Shown in pieces: positions 1-6,945 of a DNA stretch of 10,762 nt. A program made the translations under genes and the position numbers. The notes beneath the pieces were generated by a model. The model did no database searches, had not been told where the DNA came from, and saw nothing but the letters and a program-made list of their open reading frames with translations. The first letter of the stretch is position 1. Each line of letters opens with the position of its first letter. The stretch lies in assembly GCA_030586555.1 (NCBI GenBank), contig JAURAC010000053.1:1-10762 (forward strand), given 5' to 3'. This DNA is from Candidatus Subterrananammoxibius californiae. GTDB taxonomy: Bacteria > Planctomycetota > Brocadiia > Brocadiales > Subterrananammoxibiaceae.

Positions 1-36
1 GAGTTTCACCCAACGGGTGAATATTATACTTCACCT

Positions 37-69
37 AAACCCTTAATTAAAGAGGGGTTTTTTATTTTT
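37..69 (+). terminator. Intrinsic terminator of an upstream transcript
   Basis: Stem AAACCCTT (37-44) / AGGGGTTT (53-60) with one G-U pair and an 8-nt loop, followed by TTTATTTTT (61-69). Confidence 0.65.
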
Positions 70-107
70 AAAATGGGCTATGTCTATTTTGGGGTCCTAA
101 AATATTA

Positions 108-136
108 TTGACAATTTTATTTTATCATGTTATCAT
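108..136 (+). promoter_or_regulatory. Sigma70-type promoter for the ACP/fab cluster
   Basis: Perfect -35 TTGACA (108-113), 17-nt spacer, -10 TATCAT (131-136) preceded by an extended -10 TG (128-129). It lies just downstream of a terminator. Confidence 0.75.
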
Positions 137-333
137 GGAAAAACTATTTTATTGGATTCTAAAGACAGTGAAAATTAAGTTCGAGGGACTTGATAACTGC
201 CACTCTTTTTAGCACGGAGTTGGTATTTGTAGAATTGTTGTTTATAAATTCCACGGTGGTTGTCACGCATTACTGGCAGGAATTAAAATAACAATCCTGC
301 AGAAAGATTTGAATATTATAAAGGAGGTAAGTA

Positions 334-609
334 TTGAGCACATTAAACGTTGAAAAAGAGGTAACGGCTATCGTAGCCGAAGTAACTGAACTAAAGGAAG
401 ATGAAATCTGGGGGAAGAGGGATGCTAACTTCTTTAAAGACTTGGAGATAGATTCTTTACTTGCGCTTGAGATACTTGCACTTATAGAAAAGAAATTCAA
501 GATACAGATACCCGAAGAAAGGCTGGTTGACATCACTTCATTGAACGCCACTATTGATATGACAAAAGCTGTCTTAGCAGAACAACAAAAAATGGAAAAG
601 GTAAAATGA
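334..609 (+). CDS. acpP: Acyl carrier protein, resembling anammox-type ACP (FF motif)
   Basis: 91 aa, acidic, with the phosphopantetheine motif DLEIDSL (Ser41) and LIEKKFKIQIPEE. NFF at residues 32-34. TTG start 5 nt after a perfect SD AAGGAGGT (321-328). Confidence 0.95.
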   Translation: MSTLNVEKEVTAIVAEVTELKEDEIWGKRDANFFKDLEIDSLLALEILALIEKKFKIQIPEERLVDITSLNATIDMTKAVLAEQQKMEKVK

Positions 610-616
610 ACCAACA

Positions 617-635
617 CCATGTCATGCCGACATGG
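617..635 (+). other. Intergenic stem-loop between acp and fabZ
   Basis: CCATGTC (617-623) / GACATGG (629-635), 7-bp perfect stem with a 5-nt loop and no strong U-tract. Confidence 0.55.
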
Positions 636-669
636 CGTGGCGTTTACATTACTAAATAAGGGGTTTTTA

Positions 670-1116
670 ATGATGAGTTTTGAGGAGGTAAGAGGACTCC
701 TTCCTCAAAAATACCCATTCCTGTTTATAGATAAGGTAATAGAATTAGAAAAAGGCAAAAAGATTGTTTGCCTTAAAAATGTTTCGGGAAATGAACCTTT
801 CTTTGTGGGCCATTTCCCAGATTATGCTATAATGCCTGGCGCTCTAACCTTAGAGGCGTTGGCACAAGCATCTATAATACTATTCAAAAAAAGCTTTGAT
901 GCACTTGCAAATGAAGATACCATCTTCCTATTAGGTTCAGTTAGAGCCAGTTTTTCAAAGCCTGTCTTTCCCGGCGACCAGCTTATCCTTGAAATTGATG
1001 TTGATAAGGTTGTATCTAATGGAGCAATAGTACAAGGAGTTGCCAGGGTAGGCGAAAACATCATTGCTAAAGCAACGTTAACATTTGGTACCGTTGAAAG
1101 GGATGCATTAGTTTGA
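670..1116 (+). CDS. fabZ: 3-hydroxyacyl-ACP dehydratase (FabZ family)
   Basis: Hot-dog-fold motifs LPQKYPFLFIDKV, FFVGHFPDYAIMPGALTLEALAQ (catalytic His and Glu) and FSKPVFPGDQL. Start moved from 619 to ATG 670 because SD AAGGGG lies at 658-663. Confidence 0.93.
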   Translation: MMSFEEVRGLLPQKYPFLFIDKVIELEKGKKIVCLKNVSGNEPFFVGHFPDYAIMPGALTLEALAQASIILFKKSFDALANEDTIFLLGSVRASFSKPVFPGDQLILEIDVDKVVSNGAIVQGVARVGENIIAKATLTFGTVERDALV

Positions 1117-1119
1117 ATT

Positions 1120-2340
1120 ATGGAAAGGCGAGTTGTAGTTACAGGAGTAGGTGTAATAACACCTATAGGATGCGGGAAAGATGCATACTGGAATGCCCTT
1201 ATTGCTGGGAAATCTGGAGTGGATGATGTCAAATGTTTTGATACCTCGGTACATAAGGTGCACAAGGGTTGCGAAGTTAGGGATTTTGATTTTAGCAGGT
1301 ATGTAAAAAATAAACAGATAAGAAAGATAGGTAAGGCTTCAGAATTCGCTATTGCAGCCACACAGTTAGCCTTAGATGACGCCGGGCTTCGCTTAAATGA
1401 TTTAGACCTGGAGAGGGTGGGCGTCTCCATAGGCACAACTGGAGGCGAAATCCAGATACTTGAGAGGGTAAACCTTATAAGATATAAAGAAGGTGAAGAT
1501 AGTATTAATTCCGAGTTGCTTTTACAACACCCATGCAACACCATCCCGACAAATATAGCAATAGAATTTGGCTTTAAGGGGCCAAATACTATAATTCCCA
1601 CCGCCTGTGCCGCCGGTAATTATGCCATCGGTTATGCCTACGACTTGATAAAACTGGGAAGGGCTGACCACATGATAGCCGGTGGTTCTGACCCATTCTC
1701 AAAGGTTGCCTTTACAGGGTTTGAAAGGTTGGGAGCAATTGCGCCAGAGATATGTCAACCGTTTGACAAGAATAGAAAAGGTATGCTAATTGGTGAGGGT
1801 GCAGGAATATTGATGCTTGAAGCCCTCGAAAGCGCACTCGCAAGGAATGCCAGAGTATATGCAGAAATCATTGGTTACGGTTTAAGCTGCGATAGCTATC
1901 ACATTACTATCCCACAACCGGAAGGAGACGGTGTTGTTTCTTCACTTAAGAAATCATTACAAAATGCTAACATAAAACCTGAGGACGTACAGTATATCAA
2001 TGCCCATGGTACAGGTACCGTTGCAAATGATAAAGCCGAAACTATATCCATCAAAAAAGTCTTTGGGGAGCATTCCAGACGATTGCTTGTAAGCTCAATC
2101 AAATCCATGATAGGCCACACAATGGGTGCTGCAAGTGCAATAGAAGCAATTACATGTGCACTGGTGGTAAAGCACGATGTTATTCCGCCCACAATAAACT
2201 ACGAAACTAAAGACCCTGATTGTGACCTTGATTATGTGCCAAATGTAAAGCGGGAATGCCGTGTAGATATTGCCCTTAACACGGCATACGCCTTTGGCGG
2301 TAATAATAGCTGCCTTGTTGTCAAAAAGTTTGCAGCTTGA
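1120..2340 (+). CDS. fabF: Beta-ketoacyl-ACP synthase II family (FabF / KS-alpha-like), catalytically intact
   Basis: [16 protein letters not shown]-terminus, TACAAG (Cys163), YINAHGTGT (His296), [11 protein letters not shown] (His333) and AFGGNN C-terminus. Confidence 0.95.
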   Translation: MERRVVVTGVGVITPIGCGKDAYWNALIAGKSGVDDVKCFDTSVHKVHKGCEVRDFDFSRYVKNKQIRKIGKASEFAIAATQLALDDAGLRLNDLDLERVGVSIGTTGGEIQILERVNLIRYKEGEDSINSELLLQHPCNTIPTNIAIEFGFKGPNTIIPTACAAGNYAIGYAYDLIKLGRADHMIAGGSDPFSKVAFTGFERLGAIAPEICQPFDKNRKGMLIGEGAGILMLEALESALARNARVYAEIIGYGLSCDSYHITIPQPEGDGVVSSLKKSLQNANIKPEDVQYINAHGTGTVANDKAETISIKKVFGEHSRRLLVSSIKSMIGHTMGAASAIEAITCALVVKHDVIPPTINYETKDPDCDLDYVPNVKRECRVDIALNTAYAFGGNNSCLVVKKFAA

Positions 2341-2418
2341 CTGTCTTTTTAATGAAGTGAGGGTGTCCTTATTTATTGCTAAGATAGGTTATTAAAATTT
2401 GGAAAGGGGTGAGACAAC

Positions 2419-2610
2419 GTGGGTAAGTTAGTTCTGTGCGTAGCAATAGCAGCACTTACATTGGGATTGGGGGGTTTTGTATCAGTAGCCAAAGCCTCAA
2501 CTCCAGTCATTTTTGTTCAAACAGAAGAAACGAAGTGTGAGAAGTGCGGTCACTTGCCAAGCAAGCCAGAACATGATTGCAAGTGCGAGTGCCACAAAAA
2601 GGCGCACTAA
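2419..2610 (+). CDS. Small secreted Cys/His-rich protein of unknown function
   Basis: GTG start 6 nt after SD AAGGGGTGA (2404-2412). Sec-type signal peptide (MGK, hydrophobic core, AKA/S). C-terminal CEKCGH...HDCKCECHKKAH. Followed directly by a terminator hairpin. Confidence 0.75.
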   Translation: MGKLVLCVAIAALTLGLGGFVSVAKASTPVIFVQTEETKCEKCGHLPSKPEHDCKCECHKKAH

Positions 2611-2623
2611 TCCAATATAGTAC

Positions 2624-2662
2624 AGAAAGCGCTCTGGCTGTAAGCAGGGCGCTTTCTCTTTT
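2624..2662 (+). terminator. Intrinsic terminator-like hairpin inside the cluster
   Basis: 13-bp stem AGAAAGCGCTCTG (2624-2636) / CAGGGCGCTTTCT (2645-2657) with one G-U pair, then CTTTT. Confidence 0.7.
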
Positions 2663-2712
2663 AAATATAAGTTTATAATTTTCATTTTATACATATTAGG
2701 TAGGAGCAGGGC

Positions 2713-2742
2713 GTGCCATCCTCCTACACCTTCATGAAATGA
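2713..2742 (+). other. Putative 9-codon leader ORF (MPSSYTFMK) coupled to the next gene
   Basis: SD AGGAG (2702-2706), 6-nt spacer, GTG at 2713. The TGA (2740-2742) overlaps the ATG at 2739 as ATGA. The SD is paired in the hairpin GTAGGAG (2700-2706) / CTCCTAC (2721-2727). Confidence 0.35.
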
Positions 2743-3974
2743 CGGATAGAATTGTAATTACAGGCATTGGAATTATTTCACCTGTGGGAACAGGAAAAGA
2801 GTCCTTCTGGGAAAATCTTACTAATGGTCAAAGTGGAATTAAACCTGTTACGTTATTTGACGTATCAAATTATCAATGTAAGACGGCAGGAGAAATCCGG
2901 GATTTTGATGCCAAGATTTATCTTGGTCAAAAAGGTATCAGGCACTTTGACAGGACTTCTCTTTTAATTACGGCGGCTGCAAAGCTTGCAATGGATGACG
3001 CTAATTTAGGCAACAACACTTACGGAAGCGAGGACCTTGGAATAGTCATCGGTTCGACCTTCGGCAGCATAAACAGCATTAGCCAATTTGATCTCGAAGC
3101 GCTAAAAGAAGGTCCAAGCTATGTAAACCCGATGGATTTTCCAAACACCGTACTGAATGCCCCTGCCAGCAGGGCTTCTATTTTCTGCCAGGTGAAGGGG
3201 CTCAATTCGACCATTTCAACTGGGGAAACAAGCGCTATTGATGCAATAATATATGCCTCGGATTTTCTAAGGATGCAAAGGGTGAAAGCCGTTCTTGCAG
3301 GTGGTGTTTATGGACTAACTCCAGATATATACTGGGCAGCTCTGAGAGCGGGCATATTATCTGGCAGTAAAAATAATGGTGAAGAAATCTGCGCTCCTTT
3401 CGACAGAAGACGTAATGGGTTTATCCTTGGTGAAGGAGCAGCTTTGTTGATTCTTGAAAGTCTGGAAGACGCTCTTCGAAGAAACGCTACTATATATGCA
3501 GAAGTTAAAGGTTACGCAACCGTATTTAATCCAAGAAAGTTCTTCAGTACCGCAGATAGACTCGAAGGTGGTATAAGGTCAATCTCACTGGCATTAAATG
3601 ATGCTGGGCTTACACCCAGGGATATTTCTTATATATCAGCCAATGCCAACTCAACTGTTACAGGCGACAGAACCGAAACCAGGGTTATTAAAGAGGTTTT
3701 CGGGAACTATGCAAAGCATATCCCAACAAGCGCCATAAAATCCATGACAGGTGAATGCCTCGATGTCTCAGGTGCACTACAAGCTGCAGCATGCATAATG
3801 GCAATAAATAACAATACCGTACCACCGACTATCAATTATAAAGAAGCGGATAGCGAATGCGACCTCGACTGCGTGCCTAATGAAAGCAGAGAAGTGAAGG
3901 TGGATAACGCCTTGATAAATTCGTTTTCATATATGGGGAATTGTTCCAACTTGATAATCTCTAAGTATTTGTAG
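2739..3974 (+). CDS. FabF-like ketosynthase paralogue lacking the catalytic triad (chain-length-factor-like)
   Basis: Full-length KS fold (RIVITGIGIISPVG, PFDRRRNGFILGEGAALLILE, PPTINY). TGETSA (Glu163) replaces TACAAG, ISANANST (Asn302) replaces INAHGTGT, and SMTGECL (Glu339) replaces SMIGHTM. Confidence 0.9.
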   Translation: MTDRIVITGIGIISPVGTGKESFWENLTNGQSGIKPVTLFDVSNYQCKTAGEIRDFDAKIYLGQKGIRHFDRTSLLITAAAKLAMDDANLGNNTYGSEDLGIVIGSTFGSINSISQFDLEALKEGPSYVNPMDFPNTVLNAPASRASIFCQVKGLNSTISTGETSAIDAIIYASDFLRMQRVKAVLAGGVYGLTPDIYWAALRAGILSGSKNNGEEICAPFDRRRNGFILGEGAALLILESLEDALRRNATIYAEVKGYATVFNPRKFFSTADRLEGGIRSISLALNDAGLTPRDISYISANANSTVTGDRTETRVIKEVFGNYAKHIPTSAIKSMTGECLDVSGALQAAACIMAINNNTVPPTINYKEADSECDLDCVPNESREVKVDNALINSFSYMGNCSNLIISKYL

Positions 3975-4049
3975 TTATGGCTTGTGGGCAAGTATTTGTG
4001 TGGTGTAATTGAGGGAATTAGCTTTACTTAAAGAAGATGATAGACGATA

Positions 4050-5486
4050 ATGGATAAGTTACAATTAGAGCCATCATACGATGTAATTGTTATAGGCGCG
4101 GGAATAGGGGGACTGGTTTGCGGTACATTTCTAACAAAAGCGTCAAAAAAGGTGCTAATTATAGAACAGCACCACACACCCGGTGGGTACTGTACCTCTT
4201 TTAAAAGGAAAGGTTTTATCTTTGATTCAGCCGTCCATCATATCGGGGGGTGCGGTAGGTGGAGCATCGTAGGAAGGTGCTTAAAAGAGCTAAATATTAA
4301 TATGGAGTTTTATAGGCTCGACCCGATGGATAGTCTGGTCTTTCCATCCATGAGCCTCGATATTCCCGCAGAGATTGATGAATATATAGCATTACTACAA
4401 CAGAAATATCCTGCTGAGAAGGGTAATATTGAGCCCTTTTTTAAGGAGTTTATCAAACTATACTGGGCAACAATAAATGACGATGAAAATAGTCCCCTCA
4501 TAAACAAATATGGAGGGCTTACCTTTAAAGAAACGCTTGATAAATTTTTTGATAATGACGAATTGAAAATGTTGTTGTCAGCCCAGTGGGGCTATATAGG
4601 TTCGCCGCCAGATGAGATATCAACCATTGGCATGTGCCAGATGCTTGTGAATTACCTCAAAGACGGGGCATATTATCCTAAAGGAGGAGCGCAAAAATTT
4701 GCTGATACCATTACAAAACGATTTACTGAGCTTGATGGACAACTCTTACTTTCCTCAAAGGTAGAAAAGATATTATTCAATAACAAGGTGGCTACAGGGG
4801 TAAAATTAGAGGACGGCAGGGAGATTTTATCTGATATTATTGTCTCAAATATTGATGCAAGGCAGACGTTCTTTACACTTGCAAAAGAAGAAATTGAGGA
4901 TACATATCTCCATAAATTATATAGGATGAAAGAAAGTACGTCGTTCTTTTTGTTATATTTGGGTTTAGGTTCAGACGTTGACCTTTCCAATCTCAAAAGG
5001 GGGTTTTATCATTCTAATACTTTGCTTTCAAAAGACGGGTGGAAATATATATCCGTTCCAACAAGGGTTGATTCAACCCTTGCACCAGGAGGCAAACAAA
5101 TTATTTCCGTTGTAGTTTCTCTTAAAAATAATTATGACGATATTCAAGATTGGGATACCTTCAAAGAAGATATGAAAGATAGCACCATTAAATTCCTTGA
5201 AACATACATTCCCAATCTATCAAGAAGCATAGAAGTAATAGAAGCCGCTACGCCAAAGACGCTTGAACGTTACACCCTAAATTCAAAAGGAGCAGCCTAT
5301 GGATGGGCTGTAACACCAAGTCAAACAGGTAAAGAGAGACTTCCACATGAAACACCGATAGAAAATTTGTATCTCGCCGGTCACTGGACAAATCCAGGGC
5401 CCGGCGTATGTGCCGTAGTATCATCTGGCTGGAGGGTAGCCAACTTAATCTTAAGAAAGCCCTCTTATCAAGGAAGCATGGCATAA
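4050..5486 (+). CDS. FAD-dependent oxidoreductase, phytoene desaturase/CrtI-like superfamily
   Basis: YDVIVIGAGIGGL Rossmann motif, IEQHHTPGGYCTSFKRKGFIFD, YYPKGGAQKFADTI, ATPKTLERYT and ENLYLAGHWTNPGPGV. Confidence 0.92.
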   Translation: MDKLQLEPSYDVIVIGAGIGGLVCGTFLTKASKKVLIIEQHHTPGGYCTSFKRKGFIFDSAVHHIGGCGRWSIVGRCLKELNINMEFYRLDPMDSLVFPSMSLDIPAEIDEYIALLQQKYPAEKGNIEPFFKEFIKLYWATINDDENSPLINKYGGLTFKETLDKFFDNDELKMLLSAQWGYIGSPPDEISTIGMCQMLVNYLKDGAYYPKGGAQKFADTITKRFTELDGQLLLSSKVEKILFNNKVATGVKLEDGREILSDIIVSNIDARQTFFTLAKEEIEDTYLHKLYRMKESTSFFLLYLGLGSDVDLSNLKRGFYHSNTLLSKDGWKYISVPTRVDSTLAPGGKQIISVVVSLKNNYDDIQDWDTFKEDMKDSTIKFLETYIPNLSRSIEVIEAATPKTLERYTLNSKGAAYGWAVTPSQTGKERLPHETPIENLYLAGHWTNPGPGVCAVVSSGWRVANLILRKPSYQGSMA

Positions 5487-5530
5487 GACCGTAGTTAATA
5501 TTTGGTTATTAAAAGTTGGAGATTAAAAAG

Positions 5531-6937
5531 ATGAGAAAAATGATGCTGATAAACCCTCACCCCCCGGGACGCCACGGTGAGGAAAGCATAACGGTTATAG
5601 TGCAGATGCCGTTAAATCTTGCCTATATAGCAACACTAACACCTGGCAATTGGGAGTTTGACGTTATAGATGAAAATAAAGAGCTTGCTTTAGATGAAAA
5701 AGAAGAGAATATCACCTTTAAAGACAGAAAGATAGACCTCGTTGCAATCACTGCCGTAACATATCAGGTTGCCAGAGCATATAAGATTGCTGCAGTATGT
5801 AGAAAAGAAGGTATTCCAGTAGTAATTGGAGGCATCCATGCTTCTGTTATGACCGATGAAGTAGCTAAGTATGCAGATGCTGTCGTTGTGGGAGAGGCGG
5901 AGGAGGTGTGGCCGCAACTTATTAAGGACTTCGAAGAGGGAAAACTCAAAAAAATCTATAATGGGGGATTACCCCCACTTTCAAAGTTGAAAAATATCTA
6001 CCCAGACAGAGAACTTATGAAGGGGAAATACGGTTACCAATTTTCCTCCATAATTACTACCAAAGGCTGTCCAAATGCCTGCGACTTTTGCAGCGTTCCA
6101 ACCTTCCAGGGAAGAAAATTTAGAGAAAGACCTTATGAAGACGTTCTCGCCGAAATGGAAGCAACAACCTACAAGGGCTTGATGCTTGCCGAGGATAATT
6201 TTTATGGTCACAGTGTAAAGTCTAATGAGCGGGCAAGAAACCTCTTCAAGGGCATGGTCGAAAGGGGTATTAAAAAAGACTGGCTTGGCTTTACGGCGCT
6301 CAATATCTCGCAGGACCCTGTTGTGCTTGATTATATGGCAAAAAGTGGAAATTTTGGTATGTTAATAGGCATTGAATCAACCAACGAACAGGTGTTGGAA
6401 AAAATGAATAAGAAAACCAACCTCCGGCTCGGTGTACATCAATACCACGATGCTATCCAGAGAATACACGACCACGGTTTAGTCGTGTGGGGTTCTGTTG
6501 TCTTTGGGGCAGATGGCGATGATAAGGATTCGTTCAAGAAAATGACAGATTTTATATTAAACAATAATATAGACATCCTCACCTTTGGTATAGACTGCCC
6601 ATTTCCCAATACCCCGCTATTTCACCGTCTTAGCTCAGAAGGCAGAATCTTCAGAAAAAATTTCCCCACAGACTGGAAATACTATGACACTGCCCATGTC
6701 GTGCACAGATTTGTTGACATTACACTTGAGGATTTTATAAACGGTATGCAATATGTTTATGACCACTTATATGCGGGAGACAATTTAAGAACCAGGTTCA
6801 GGAACTCTATAAAGACAATGGGGAACCCCCGCAACGCCATGTTCGCCTTCAGGGTAGGAAATGATTGGAAACAGGTTTTTGAGCAAGTCCTTGAAAACCT
6901 GAAAGAACTTTACAACGCAGGGGCTTATTATAAATAA
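5531..6937 (+). CDS. Cobalamin-binding radical SAM protein
   Basis: N-terminal B12-binding domain (PLNLAYIATL, VVIGGIHAS, DAVVVGEAE) and CxxxCxxC as GCPNACDFC (6068-6091), plus IGIES and PFPNTPLF. ATG 5531 is preferred over TTG 5516 because GGAG lies at 5518-5521. Confidence 0.93.
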   Translation: MRKMMLINPHPPGRHGEESITVIVQMPLNLAYIATLTPGNWEFDVIDENKELALDEKEENITFKDRKIDLVAITAVTYQVARAYKIAAVCRKEGIPVVIGGIHASVMTDEVAKYADAVVVGEAEEVWPQLIKDFEEGKLKKIYNGGLPPLSKLKNIYPDRELMKGKYGYQFSSIITTKGCPNACDFCSVPTFQGRKFRERPYEDVLAEMEATTYKGLMLAEDNFYGHSVKSNERARNLFKGMVERGIKKDWLGFTALNISQDPVVLDYMAKSGNFGMLIGIESTNEQVLEKMNKKTNLRLGVHQYHDAIQRIHDHGLVVWGSVVFGADGDDKDSFKKMTDFILNNNIDILTFGIDCPFPNTPLFHRLSSEGRIFRKNFPTDWKYYDTAHVVHRFVDITLEDFINGMQYVYDHLYAGDNLRTRFRNSIKTMGNPRNAMFAFRVGNDWKQVFEQVLENLKELYNAGAYYK

Positions 6938-6945
6938 ACCTCACT

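Noticed and set aside
198..235. CIRCE-like half site TTAGCAC (209-215)
   Set aside because: There is no matching GAGTGCTAA arm at 9-nt spacing, and it is not upstream of chaperone genes.
143..333. Cobalamin riboswitch in the leader (GCCACT at 199-204, with a B12 enzyme downstream)
   Set aside because: The other core elements (GGGAA..GGTG..AATCC and the downstream AGYCAGRAGACC B12 box) are not present in the right order.
619..669. Longer N-termini given by the ORF track for fabZ (619), radical SAM (5516), pgsW (8605) and grpE (9915)
   Set aside because: Better SD-spaced ATGs exist at 670, 5531, 8671 and 9924, and the extensions overlap hairpins, SD sequences or upstream genes.
822..1601. 259-aa minus-strand ORF, and the other antisense ORFs (270-620, 1899-2192, 2497-2694, 4310-4507, 4673-4996, 5248-5484, 5690-6211, 7394-7615, 7958-8200, 9751-10017, 10337-10612)
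   Set aside because: They lie opposite well-supported + strand genes, have shadow-like composition and show no recognisable motifs.
2536..2553. Canonical heme c motif in the small protein
   Set aside because: The sequence is CEKCGH (CxxCxH), not CxxCH. Only non-canonical CxCH or Cx3CH readings exist, near the C-terminus.
2419..2610. Cys-rich peptide as a RiPP (ranthi-/sactipeptide) precursor for the radical SAM enzyme
   Set aside because: The N-terminus is a hydrophobic Sec-type signal rather than a RiPP leader. The enzyme is B12-type with no SPASM cysteines, and no peptidase or transporter is in the window. Not strictly excluded.
2767..2967. Alternate-frame + strand ORFs inside the FabF-like gene and inside grpE (10024-10272)
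   Set aside because: They are fully nested in conserved genes and have no recognisable motifs.
2739..3974. Pseudogene call for the second fabF
   Set aside because: The frame is intact and full length with conserved structural motifs. The losses are focused on catalytic residues, as in chain-length factors.
4050..5486. Carotenoid biosynthesis (crtI)
   Set aside because: No phytoene synthase or prenyltransferase is nearby, and the context is ACP-dependent lipid synthesis, so no gene symbol was assigned.
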